A stretch of 55,340 bases of DNA from a virus (lineage: Duplodnaviria; Caudoviricetes): IMG/VR virus record IMGVR_UViG_3300036852_000116, positions 1-55,340 of that record; one strand, 5' to 3'. Of the stretch, positions 28,663-40,315 are shown one piece after another. Numbering within the stretch: the stretch's first letter is position 1; every line of letters begins with the position of its first letter. Position numbers and translations under genes: made by a program. The notes under the pieces were generated by a model, which was given only the letters and a program-made list of their open reading frames with translations, did no database searches and was not told the origin of the DNA.

Positions 28663-29281
28663 GTTCATCCGTTTGATGCTGGGCTCCGAACGACCAGAAG
28701 AACCGGATGGACAAGACCACAGGGCTATCAAGATCGAGGGACTGTCTAACTACGTGGTGAAAGGGATCAAAGAGTACAATAACGCAGTTGTCATCCGAGT
28801 TAAGAAGAAGGAGAAGTACGACAATGACCGTCGCTGAGCTGGTTGAGAAGCTTGAGAGTATTGCTGGGTGGAGAGATAATGCTGTGGTTGTGATAGAGGG
28901 GCGCCTCTCAGATCCGAACGATGTCATCCAAATCCATGATGTGCAGATGGCAATCGGTGTGAATGGTGCTGAAGAGATTCATCTCCTCGCCGCAGATGGT
29001 ATTCGTGATCGTGTCTAATTTCATCCGAGGTTTCGGATTACAATCCAAAGATTCGTTTACCATGCACGTAATCCATGGATCATTCGGCAGCTTTGGTTTC
29101 GCCCTCTGTGGTACTACTAATGCACCAGCAAATGGTTGGATCAAACCTAAGCAAGAAGTTGAAAATCAACACCTTTACTGCTCTACATGCATGCTTCGAA
29201 TCCGTCTCATGTATGAAGATAAAGATCCTCGACTAACTCCATCAGATCGGGAGAAGTTTTCAAAGATTTTGAGGATAGTTA

Positions 29282-29707
29282 ATGCTCGTACTCCGATTAA
29301 GTCTAGTTCTACTTTTACTCGCACTACCGACGACGACAGTGGAGGCAACTCATGAGCGAGAAGCTTTCGAAGTCAGTGGAACAGCAAGCAACTATCCCTG
29401 TACCGCAGGATGGTGTGACGGTACAGCAACTGTCGCATTACCTCTCGATCTTGGCGGAAGATATAATGGTTCCGTCCATGGATATGTTGAAGTCTGCGCC
29501 GACCGATGTGCAACACTTGCGGTTGTCGATTACTGTGAGTGCTATTGGGGAACACCAGATCAGAGAGTCGTTGATCTTAGCCACGCCGCGTGGTATCTGG
29601 TCACAGATCAGCCCCTTAGCACGGGACTCATCCAGGTTCGCGTACAAAGCGCCGACGGAAACGAAATCATCCAACTCCCCAACACAGCGGTCCCGAGCGG
29701 GAGGTGA
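29282..29707 (+). CDS. Secreted RlpA-like double-psi beta-barrel protein
   Basis: Signal peptide, [30 protein letters not shown]. Confidence 0.65.
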   Translation: MLVLRLSLVLLLLALPTTTVEATHEREAFEVSGTASNYPCTAGWCDGTATVALPLDLGGRYNGSVHGYVEVCADRCATLAVVDYCECYWGTPDQRVVDLSHAAWYLVTDQPLSTGLIQVRVQSADGNEIIQLPNTAVPSGR

Positions 29708-30113
29708 GTATCACGAATTCGTACCGGGATACCACAGACAAGACGGTAATTGCCTTGTTTGTGATATGCCTCGTACTGCATTCCAGCACCAGAGGGCAAG
29801 TGATTGACACAGAAGGGTAGCAACTCGAGGGCTCAACATAGGAGGAACCTGAAGAGTTATCAACGTAAGAATAATCCGTGGCGTCGCGTGTCTATTGACG
29901 TGGACGAGAATGCCCCACGTCGAGCCAGGCTGATCAATAAGGCCCTTCAACGGTCTGCCCGGCGTTGGGACCTGTATGGTCAGGTGGTGAAGGAGAATGA
30001 GATGCCTTGGGAGGAGTCGAAGAGGACACAGGAATGGAGGTTGGTTATTCAGAATGGTAGATTAGTCCGTGGTCTGAGGAAACTAGAATTCGTAGAAGAA
30101 AGGAAGGACAGGC

Positions 30114-30293
30114 TTGATAGAAGAAACACTCACTCAGAGCAGATGCCCGAGGTGTGGGTACATAGTGACGCGCAAAGAAGCGACACTTTCGGAGAGTAAG
30201 GATTTGAAGTGCCCAGCCTGTGGTTATCCTGATCCACCTCACCAAGGCTGGACTACTAGCCAAGAAGATGTAGTAGACCCGGAGATGGAATGA
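30114..30293 (+). CDS. Zn-ribbon protein (not in ORF track)
   Basis: CPRCG...CPACG; TTG start. Confidence 0.5.
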   Translation: MIEETLTQSRCPRCGYIVTRKEATLSESKDLKCPACGYPDPPHQGWTTSQEDVVDPEME

Positions 30294-30618
30294 GGATTCG
30301 CTACACCACAGCTGGTTATCTAGTGATCGCTGCTTGGTCGTTCTTCTGGGCAGCAGTTGGGTTCTTTATCGGGAGGTTAACATGAGCAACATCGGTAGCT
30401 GGTTTAGGCGAGCCTATCGGCGAAGTCAGTATGAAACCACGAAGTGGCACTTCATCGAGTCGGAGATTGATACTCGGCTGATCACTCGCTGTGGTCGTCA
30501 GATGGAAAGAGACACAGGGAATGCTGGTGGACAGCAGTTAGAGTTCTTGCCATATGTAGAGGATCAAGTAGATACTGGTGAGATTTGTGAAGTCTGTTAC
30601 CGAAGGAGTCATACTTAG

Positions 30619-30978
30619 ATGCACGGTACGGGTTTTCTCGGGCTTGATGCAATTATTAGAGAAAGAGAACGTCAGTGGTATGAAGAAAGATTCAACGACG
30701 AACATGATGATCTGTGGAAGGAGAATGAATTAGTTAGGGCTGCTTACTGTTATATGTTGGCTGCAGTTGCTCCGGGTGTACTGAGAGAGGGAGAAACCCT
30801 TCCATCTCAAGCACCAGAACTTTGGCCTTGGGATGAGAGATGGTGGAAGCCGACCTATGAGAATCCACAAAGGATGCTAGTGAAGGCTGGTGCTCTGATT
30901 GCTGCAGAAATAGATCGTCTAGGAAGGATAGAAAATTTTTCTGGTAATTCCGAAAATCCGGCAGATGCTCCAATTTAG
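30619..30978 (+). CDS. Conserved phage protein (all-alpha, possibly MazG-like fold)
   Basis: ERERQ...HDD...AAYCY...WPW..WWKP...LVKAGALIAAEIDRL pattern. Confidence 0.65.
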   Translation: MHGTGFLGLDAIIRERERQWYEERFNDEHDDLWKENELVRAAYCYMLAAVAPGVLREGETLPSQAPELWPWDERWWKPTYENPQRMLVKAGALIAAEIDRLGRIENFSGNSENPADAPI

Positions 30979-31015
30979 TTTGCAGAAGATGTAGTACGGA
31001 AATGGTGAAGCTTAC

Positions 31016-31285
31016 ATGATTCCTGTCAAGACAGTATCAAGCAATTTCGTTTATGGAGGTCCTACCGGAGATATCTCAGATGCTTGGGTTGAGCGTAGAC
31101 CGCAAGAACGAGTTGTGTATCTTGTCTGGGAGCTGGATGATGAAGACAGACGAGCTATAGCCGCCGGAGCGCAACTTAAGATGGGAATCCACCATATGGA
31201 ACCCATTCCCCCTGTTTCTCTATTTACTGTGATAGAGGAGAAGATTGTGGACCACGATCCCGGTCATAGGATTAGAAATGGATAA
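31016..31285 (+). CDS. Hypothetical protein
   Basis: WELDDEDRRAIAAGA...PPVSL pattern. Confidence 0.6.
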   Translation: MIPVKTVSSNFVYGGPTGDISDAWVERRPQERVVYLVWELDDEDRRAIAAGAQLKMGIHHMEPIPPVSLFTVIEEKIVDHDPGHRIRNG

Positions 31286-31667
31286 TCGCGGTCACCATCC
31301 AGATAGGGATGCCGGAGTACATGATAGAGCTTATTGGAGGAAGAGAGCATTAGATGTGCTTCACGAAGTAGCAGCTCTCCAGGCTGGTGAACAGATCCCG
31401 CCGGGTTTCTGGAACATCTCAGATGATGTGTGGCAGGATCTAAATACCACAGCAGCATTCGATTCTATGGAGCGCCAGACAGTTCCACTTCTGCACGGTC
31501 GACCAATGATCCGCTGTGGGAATGGACCAACGTGTTGTATTGATCTAATGATCTTTCAAGCACGTGTAGGAGGCAGATACGCATGATTGAAGATGTAGCT
31601 GTTTGGGTTTTAATGTTCCTTTCTGGAGTGGGAGCTGGATTCGGATTACGCGCTTGGCAGGAAAGAA

Positions 31668-32678
31668 ATGACTAAGGTGAGACACGATCGCATGTTGTGG
31701 TTCGATATCGAAACGTCGGACTCGGACGAGAATGCACCACACGCCGCGCTGCTTGAAGTCGGTATCACTATCACGGATGACTCTGGTAAGATCATTAGCG
31801 AGAAGAACTTCGTTAACCAGCTCAACAGTGCACAACTTGAAAAAGTGAGTCAATGGCCCTATGAAGTATTGAATATGCATATGCAGAACGGACTTTATAG
31901 GGAGGTTATGGAGAAGAGATACTTTTCGAGAAGTTTTCAAGATGAGATCCTTTTCTGGCTGCATCAAAAGAACTCATTAGATGGTCCACCACTTCGAGAA
32001 GGCGAACTCTTGCTTCTAGCTGGTTCTGGCGTCTCGCATTTTGATCGTCGGTGGGTTAAGAAATTACTACCAAGACTAGATCAATATCTGACCCATTATG
32101 CGATCGACGTCGGCGTCATGCGACGAATGCTGGAAATGCACGCGCCGCAGCTTGCGGCTCGCGCCCGCCACGTCGCGTCGCGCGGGATTTCCGCGGGTAC
32201 GCCTGCGCACCGCGCGCTCACGTGTAATCGTCAGTCTATTCAAGCATACCAGTACTATGTCAACTTGATACGGGATCTCAGTAATCAGGAAGCTGATAAG
32301 CGAGCGATGGGGCGTGAGATGAATATGATGTTAGCAGCTGCTAATCATTCAACGACGTCGCCATTCGCCGAAGCTTCACCGTTCGGGCCGTGGGTGCATA
32401 GACTCGATGATCGTGGACAGTGGGAGCACATTCATCCGGATGGATATAATTATTCACATGCAGAAAGATATTGTGATTTACAAGTGGATATGTTCGCGTA
32501 TGATGATTCAACAGCAGAAACAGCAACACCAACCGCCGACGTTCGACCCCGAGCGCAGCACCAGCCTGGTGCGCGCGCCTTCTCTGGCGTAGCCGCGGGC
32601 TTGTGCGGTCTTATCGGGCCGCGCGACACTTGCACTTACGAGCCGCATCCGGAAGGGACAGCACACTCATGGGAATAG
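31668..32678 (+). CDS. Oligoribonuclease-like DEDD exonuclease with C-terminal extension
   Basis: WFDIETS, LLEVG, MHMQNGL, HFDRRW, IDV, HRAL. Confidence 0.8.
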   Translation: MTKVRHDRMLWFDIETSDSDENAPHAALLEVGITITDDSGKIISEKNFVNQLNSAQLEKVSQWPYEVLNMHMQNGLYREVMEKRYFSRSFQDEILFWLHQKNSLDGPPLREGELLLLAGSGVSHFDRRWVKKLLPRLDQYLTHYAIDVGVMRRMLEMHAPQLAARARHVASRGISAGTPAHRALTCNRQSIQAYQYYVNLIRDLSNQEADKRAMGREMNMMLAAANHSTTSPFAEASPFGPWVHRLDDRGQWEHIHPDGYNYSHAERYCDLQVDMFAYDDSTAETATPTADVRPRAQHQPGARAFSGVAAGLCGLIGPRDTCTYEPHPEGTAHSWE

Positions 32679-32927
32679 AGAAGTACACATCACGCGGATT
32701 CCGTATCTTCGCCACCCGAGAGCGACCAGACAATGAGGTGATCTTTGGAGCACGAGGCAACGTCCAGGTTCTTGAATCCAGCCTGGCCGGGCATGGTCCG
32801 CACGTACGCATATATGAACCATCCGGAGAGTGCGCTCACATCAACGTAGAGGAAGCACGTATCGTAGCAGCTGCATTAGATCGCTTCATCCAGGAAGCAG
32901 AGGCTGGAGAATTGACCGAGAAGATCA

Positions 32928-33329
32928 ATGGCTGATCATCGACCTAATTGGCAAGAAGATCGTCGTGGACCACGTGACTTCCCTGATCTACCAGATGAGA
33001 TGCCACCAGATCGTGTAGCTCCTGGACCTTATCCAGACCGCACCAAGCTTCCACGCAGAGCGCCAGGTAGAAGTCCAGAAGCTGCCGAACTAGATCGAAT
33101 GGATATAGTTATCAGGGATGTATATGACGAACTCCGACACGCCGTGGGCAAGTTTGAACCATTCAATTCACCACACGAGGGCTATGCCGTGATCAAGGAA
33201 GAACTAGACGAGTTGTGGGACGACGTTAGGAAGAAGAATCGAGGACGTTCAACAGCAGCCAGAGGCGAGGCCATTCAGGTCGCCGCGATGGCGGTGCGGT
33301 ATGTTGTGGATCTTTGTGATGAAGCTTAA
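32928..33329 (+). CDS. MazG-like nucleotide pyrophosphohydrolase
   Basis: HEGYAVIKEELDELWD...EAIQVAAMA. Confidence 0.65.
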   Translation: MADHRPNWQEDRRGPRDFPDLPDEMPPDRVAPGPYPDRTKLPRRAPGRSPEAAELDRMDIVIRDVYDELRHAVGKFEPFNSPHEGYAVIKEELDELWDDVRKKNRGRSTAARGEAIQVAAMAVRYVVDLCDEA

Positions 33330-33494
33330 GTCTCTTCCACCAAAACCCTACGTGTGCATCTTAGACGGTCAGCGGTTCGTATCTCTTGGAGACTTGGATT
33401 ACCATCTCAAGGAGGATCACAATACAACATTGAGTGAGATGAAAAATATGGCACCATCTACTACCGGCCCACAGGGTCCAGAGCAGAGGAAGAG

Positions 33495-34178
33495 ATGAAT
33501 AGACACGGCGTGAGCATGGTAGATCGTATAGGCATTACCTGTCTCTGTGAGTGGACGACAACGTTCGACGCTGGTGGTTGGATTCGATTTAACGAGCACC
33601 TGAGACACTTTCAACTTGATGAGCCAAAGTTAACTAGCATCCTCAGTCGATTAGCACCGATGATCGGCGGCGACCTCCTTCAACTCCCCTATCGCGTGGG
33701 GTTGGCATCCGCCATCCTCGATGCTCTCTCATCCGAGTCGGACCGACCCACGACCTGCCTTGAAGGAGCATGGCCTTGTCTGGCCCACGACCGACACGTT
33801 CTCAAGATGGGGCGCTTCTATCCGGGCGCCACTCCCGAGGAATACGGAGCGGGAGACTGGGAGCCGGACCCTACTCTCAATGAAGGTTCGGTCGCATCCG
33901 AGTCGGAGCCACAGCCCATGACTGAGAAGAAAAGCAGATGTCTATGCCCGGCACCACATGATAGCAAGACAGGGAGATGTTACAAGTTCAATAGGTATGG
34001 AGATTACTGTGATCCTTGTCGTGTTCGTGGGTTTGAGTGGGCCGTTCGACTGAAGCCCATGAACGAACGCAATAGATTTGACTGGCCCAAGTGGGTGAGG
34101 AAGTCGGCGAGACACTTGCTAAACACCCCCCCTAGTACTATTAGCGCATACGAAGAGCATTTGATGGATATACCATGA
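33495..34178 (+). CDS. Hypothetical Cys/His-rich protein
   Basis: ORF in tandem + strand cluster. Confidence 0.5.
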   Translation: MNRHGVSMVDRIGITCLCEWTTTFDAGGWIRFNEHLRHFQLDEPKLTSILSRLAPMIGGDLLQLPYRVGLASAILDALSSESDRPTTCLEGAWPCLAHDRHVLKMGRFYPGATPEEYGAGDWEPDPTLNEGSVASESEPQPMTEKKSRCLCPAPHDSKTGRCYKFNRYGDYCDPCRVRGFEWAVRLKPMNERNRFDWPKWVRKSARHLLNTPPSTISAYEEHLMDIP

Positions 34179-34444
34179 TGCCGAGCAAACGAACGGCTCA
34201 ACGCAAACCCAAGCGCGAGAAGAAGTACCAGGACCGTCCAGACAGGACCAGTCGGGGACCACAAGAAGACCATCACGAGGCTACTCAGAGGTCATCCCGG
34301 GCAATCTCGAGTCCGGGTGACAGTCCTGACCAGTCTAGTATAGTTGGAGATGATGAGTGGTATAAACATGATAAAGATATGTACACTCATTTACCGTGTG
34401 GAGCACTTGTTTATTCATCAAACTTAAGGTATCATTTGTGTGAT

Positions 34445-34590
34445 TTATAAAGTGTCCTGTCATGAGGAGACAGTAAGTCCACAGAGGAGACAGAAAGTGT
34501 CTTCCGTCACAATCACTGTAATGATTATAAAGTGTCTTCCCACCCCCATACATACCCCTAAAGGGGGTATGGGGTGGAAGGACACTTTTA
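34445..34590. repeat. Direct repeats plus long inverted repeat (candidate origin or control site)
   Basis: AAAGTGTC x3, GAGGAGACAG x2, imperfect palindrome 34529-34588. Confidence 0.55.
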
Positions 34591-34896
34591 ATCTTACTAT
34601 GTGATAAGCGTGGAACGGTTAAAGCAGGTCAAGGCTACAGTAAGTCGGAGCACAGTTAATTAGAAAGCTCCTTAAGGGATGTTTGGTGGACTTCGCAAAT
34701 TTATGGTCCCCACAAACCTTGGCAGTTCGATGATGGAGCCCTGTGGTACCCCCGGATAGTTCCCAGGATCTTCAAATCTGGAAACTACCCTCATTTCTGC
34801 AAATCGAGCGGTGATCAAGGAAATCTCGCAGCTTACTAGGGATCCACTGGAACTTAGTTTGGGGGGGTGCCTTCGGTACCGGAGTTTATCCGTCCC

Positions 34897-34959
34897 CTAT
34901 TAGTCTTGTCCGCGAGACGGCCAGACCGGACCAGACGGTCAACCTAGGATCCACTGGAA
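34897..34959 (+). repeat. Left copy of a ~55-60 bp imperfect inverted repeat
   Basis: Aligns with the reverse complement of 44648-44699. Confidence 0.65.
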
Positions 34960-34974
34960 GATTCAAGAACCGAT

Positions 34975-35003
34975 TTGACACGGTTGACAGGATGATATAT
35001 AAT
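34975..35003 (+). promoter_or_regulatory. Sigma70-type promoter of the early-type cluster
   Basis: TTGACA-17-TATAAT. Confidence 0.85.
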
Positions 35004-35046
35004 AGACTGGACCGTCGGACTGGACGGACGGACCAAAGTAGAGGAG

Positions 35047-38000
35047 GTGACCAATATGGACAACGAGAAATATTGGGAACGCCAGATTGACCCGAAGCAC
35101 GTGAAGGTGGTCAATTGGTCAAGGAAGAGGAAGAGATCGAAGAAGATATGGAGTCCCTTCCCGAACCGGCGGTATGGGGCTGGGGCCGGGAAAGCAGCGG
35201 CGGTAAATAGGGCCAACGAGTTGAGGGAGAGGGCCAGCTGATGAGGTGCCGATGCCGATGCGGGTGCCCGATCTGGGTATCGAAGAAGTCTGGGAGACTA
35301 CTCTGCAGTGGGTGTGATCCGGATACAACTGTCTTCGGGAGGCCGGCAAAGGAAAAGCACGCGAACGATCCTGTAGAAGACAAGAAGCCGTGGATCCAAG
35401 CTTGGAAGGAGCAGAAGGTCGAAGAGGAAATGGCGGGGGAAGAGAAGCCGTTGAGAAGGTGGAACACAGATCCTGAACGAGGATGGATGAACGAGAGGCA
35501 GCGGGAGAAGGTAGCAGACGCTAAGAACGCGGATGAACTCCGAGGAAGGGCGAGATAGATGGAACTACCCTGTATTGGGTTGGATACTTGTCTCGGAAGT
35601 GGGTGTCTAAATTGCCGAGATGATGAGGAAGCCTGTTTATTGTGAAGAACTGAAGAGGCAACATCTCGAAGAGGTCCGCGAGGAGGAGAGGGCGAAGTCG
35701 TATGGAGAGGACGTAGATGGATGATCAAGGATGGATCGAGGCGCTGAAGGACACTGAGGAATGTCCAACCTGTTTCGGGAATGGACAGGTCTTCGGATTT
35801 ACCTGTGGTGGATGTGATGGGAATGGGTTCATAGATATAGGAGGTCGTGGAAATGGCGAAGCGACGGTACGCAATCGGACGATTCAGCACGTACGAAGAA
35901 GCGGCTCGGTTCAAGGATAATGAGCTGTCGATGAGGCATGCGTTTGATCCGAATGATGAGACGGAGATCCAGATCCGGAAGATGGCGAATGGGTTCAACG
36001 TGGTGCGACGAGTAGAGGTGAAGTGATGCCAGCATTCGATGGAAGGCTTACCGATCCTGTGGAGGTGCCAGAACCAATTGTCTTGGTCTTGACGCAGATT
36101 GAGGCGCATGCTTCTCAGATCATGGAATTGGTTGGGGATGAAGATTCCGAGATCTACCGAGAAGCTAATGAGATAGAGTCGAAGGCGGGTTACATCAACA
36201 TGGTTTTGGCAGGAGAGGAGATCTGATGGAGCGGTGGGTGGATGCTGAGATTTTGGCTTACAACGATCCGCGTAATTGCGAGTGTGGAAACCGGTGTTAT
36301 AAGATCGTAGGAGGTTGGCCAGGAAACTTCATGGTGGAGTGGGCACACGATCCGAAGGAATGCCCACACGGTTGCGAAGACTGCGAACAGGAGGCACAGT
36401 AATGGAACTTACTGAAGCGGCTATTGATGCGATTCAAGATAATCACGCAGTTAGTCTTGAGAATGGTAATCTTGTGGTTAGCTCAGAATGGTTCGAGGTG
36501 GATGCATATGGTGCAGCCGTGGCCGGAATTCTGGGCGCGATTAAGCTGGGATTGGCTTCTGGGTCGCTGGGGCAAGGAGCGGAGGAGGATACACTGAGGC
36601 GAGTACTTGCTGTCCTGCGGATAGAAGATCCTGCGATCATGGAAGAAGGATGGATGGGATGATCAATTTTGGGGAACGAGATCCAGAAGAAGTCGGTCCA
36701 GAACATCCAGATGACACTGAGCTTAGGATGGATGTGGCAGCGTCCACTCACGAGTTCGATCCAGGTCCAGACGGTCGGTGTCGAGGATACCTGATCAGGC
36801 ACGGAGTACAAGGTGCTGTCTGTGGTAGTACTCAGTCGTACAGCGTACTGCACTACGATGAGGAGGCTGACTTCCGGGAACGACATGATCATGGTGGTGG
36901 CGACTGCATGTGCTTTGAAGGAGAGGGCTACTGATGACTGAGTGGTGGCAGGTTCCGCATGGTCAGTTCCAGCAGGCAAAGGTTGAACAGACTGAGAGGA
37001 TGAGGCAAGTTTTCGAATCTAATCAAGCTGCTAAGTTAGTGCTGGAAAAGGTCTTGGAATGGTATGGGGGGTTCGAGGATGATAATCTGGAATGGGAAAT
37101 CAGGCTAGAAGATTATCTTCCCTTCTCCGGGATTGAACTCGATCAGGTAATCAATGGTCGGAGGATTCTCGCTCTTAGTGTGAGTAGTGGGGATGAGGGT
37201 GGTCCAGCTTCGGTGTATTCGTTCTTCGATGGGGATGAAGATGGACAATGGTGGTTGGAGTTGATACTTCAAGAGTTTGATACCGGCTGGAGTTTGATTT
37301 GGGGTGGTGAATATGCAAGTGGAAAGGTTGGGTTTATTCACCAGGATATCCAAGTTGATAGGCAGGAGGCACAGACTACCAAGCTTGGTTTACAGGAATA
37401 CTCTGAGGAAGAGCAGAAGCTCATGGAGAAGCGGCCGGTGGTAGTCTGATGTGCAGTAGGCATCAATCAGCTGAAGGTGCTGACTCGATTCAGGTGAGAT
37501 ACTGTTCGCACCCGGATGGTCATGCTCCGAAGGATTGTCCAGATTTCTGTATCCAGTGCCAGAAGTGGATGAATCCAGTAGAGCGGATGATGGGACGAGC
37601 CTGTGGTGACTGCGTGCGGAAGAACCACAGGGAGGTGACCGGTGGAAAAGGTTCCTGAATCTCTACGAGTGATGGTACCTTATCAGGAAGTTCCGACGAT
37701 GGAGCAGATCCAAGAATGGAATGACGAAGATGGAGGGTGCGAAGCGACAGACGGATGCTGGGTAGAGGTGGATGGAACATGTGAACACGGTAAGCGAAGT
37801 TGGTTACTAGTTCTGGGATTAGCGTAAGAGGTGCGAAATGGCAACTCCAGTGAAGTCGAAGACTACGGCAACTTCTCCTCCGATGGAAGGATTTGATGTC
37901 ACGGCCACGATCGGGCATGTGTCCTTCAGTGAGATGGGGAACATGAGTGGAATGGAAGCGGCAATGCTTCTGATTGCTCAGCATGGTAAGGAATCAGTAT

Positions 38001-40181
38001 ATCACTTCCCACATGAGGATGGTGGGTTCGTTACAGTTCACGTGGAATTCGAACGGCCAATTACGGAAAGTAGTGGGAATGGGCGAGATGAGCCGGAGTG
38101 GTAGAGGCGGGTACTACCGAGGTGAGAATATCCCTCCTGTGTCAGATTATGCTCACTGGAACGAAGATGCACAGAGGATTTGGTACGAAGAGAATAAGTA
38201 TGACATGGAACACGCGGACGAGTGGATAGACGATCCAGATGACTATGAGTACTACGAGGATGAATAAGGTAGACAAGGAGCTGATTGAAAGGGTAGTTAA
38301 CAGCCAGGAGGCTGTAGACATAGTTGGTGGTGAGAACCCGTTTCATGACAATTGGCCAAGATTGAGTGGGTTGATCCAAGAAAAATTGGGTCGGCAATTG
38401 ACTGAAGATGAAGATGATAACTTGTACTCAGATTTACGAGATTGGTGGAAGAATGGAAATTTCCAGGTCTGGGAAGAAGGCCAGGATCATGGATTGGGGT
38501 TTGTCTTTGGTCCTTGGGAACTAGGTGATCTAGATTTTTGGGAGGCAGAGAATGAGAAATAGAAGTTTTGCTCCCGAGGTATTCCTGGAAGGCAAGTGGT
38601 CAGGGAATGGCGTGAGGTTTGAAACCGAGGAAGAAGCATTCCTTTGGGGTTCAGATCTCTTGACCAGGTGGTTTGTTCCCACTGACCACAGGGCAGTTCC
38701 TTCAGAGGATCCTGTCAATTATCGGAGGCTGGAGGGTGGACAGATTATCCCGGCAGATGACTAGAGAACGAGAAGAGTATGGTAATAACTGGCAAGCGTA
38801 CGTAGATAATGAACTGGATGAGATTGGCGATGCGATATCAGAAGAGTGGCCAGAAGTCAGTGCCGAGGCTTATACTGAGTATCTCAAGCGAGTTGTTGGT
38901 TATACTCAACCTGAGGCCGTGGAAGGAGTATAAGGCTTATGTTCCCACCGAATGCAACTGATCAGGATGAATGGGACTACCATGATTCCGAGGCAGATTA
39001 TCATATTTCTGCGAGCAAAGTGTGTACTGAGAGGTCTGAAGAACTGATAGTCAAAGCCTCGTACGGGATCAACGTATTTGGGGGTTGGAGAGCTTTGGTA
39101 GATAGGGCAAGTCGATCAACTGAATTGGCTAGGCATCACAACACGATGGCTAAGTTTCACATCACACGCATGAATGCTATTGGAGAGGTGATGGACCAGT
39201 GACCATGGAATGGGGTTCAGTTCAGTACGATGCTAGCAAGCGGATCTATGACCAGTACTTTGAGGCTCGAGGAAATGGCAAGAGCCGAGAAGAGGCACTG
39301 ACAGAGTTGGGTGTGAAGGTTACTTGGAAGAGGGTTAGGTCTTTAGAGGAGGCCAAGGAGAGCTTAGTAAACTGGTTATCTCACCGAGAAAGTGATCCAG
39401 CTTACAAGATCTCTGAAGAGGATTTAGAGGATGATAGACAATTCGCTGAAGAGTTGAACCAGGCAGACTCTGGGGATGAACTCTTGGGAGCGATGTCAGA
39501 GGCGGCATGGGATTTATGGTCAGCAGCTCCAGCACTATGTGAAGAATTCCTAGAGGGAGTGGAATTCGAACAGTTGGAAGAGAGGCCAGTGCCAGAAGCT
39601 GAGGGATGGCCGATTATTAACCAGATGATTATCGGTGGTGAAAGTACAAGTACGGGAGTAGCCTGTGCTTTATTGAAGGAGTTGGGTATTGTGCAGAATG
39701 AGGAGTCTTTCAGTGGATTCTCAACTTGATGGAATTCAAGAAGCAGCAGATGCAATTAGAAGAGGCAGAGAACGAGAAGAGTCTGGTGAGGAGATCGTGG
39801 TTACTCCGTATTGGCCCAACATGATCAGGTGGCATGCGAATGCGCTGATGACACACAGTTTTGATTTCGGAGCTAGAGGTCCACTTGGTTCTTTCATGCA
39901 GATGGTGGGGCATCTTGCACAGACAGATGCAGCTGAGTTGAATAGGATTATTGCTGAGTTCGAAGAGCTGAGGGTGGAAGATGACTCTGCTGGCGATCCG
40001 AGTTAACCGAGTAAGTGGTGATCCTTTTACCGAAGATGGTGATATTAAGGATGATGGTTGGGAGATAGAAGATGGAGAGGAATCAATCACGTTCTGCGAT
40101 GCTAATGACATCTGGGATGTAGAGAACGCTATAGCAGATGTGAAGGATACTCTCAAGAGTTGGTTTAAGTACCATGCATGA
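35047..40181 (+). other. Cluster of ~20 small coupled ORFs (putative early/host-takeover genes)
   Basis: Tightly overlapping 55-180 aa ORFs, many acidic or CxxC-containing, GGAGG RBSs, purine-rich sense strand. Confidence 0.7.
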
Positions 40182-40315
40182 GGTAGTCTTCAGGCTTAGG
40201 GTTCAAGGCTCAGACAATGAGCAGGAAGCAGTGGATATGGCGACAGATTACTTCTGTGGAGGTGACTACTATAGACAAGTGACTCAGATGGAAACAGAAG
40301 TCATTGAGGTGCGAA

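Noticed and set aside
35111-36109. 332 aa minus-strand ORF
   Set aside because: Opposes coupled + strand genes that have RBSs; low-complexity Ser/Pro/Leu content expected from the purine-rich sense strand
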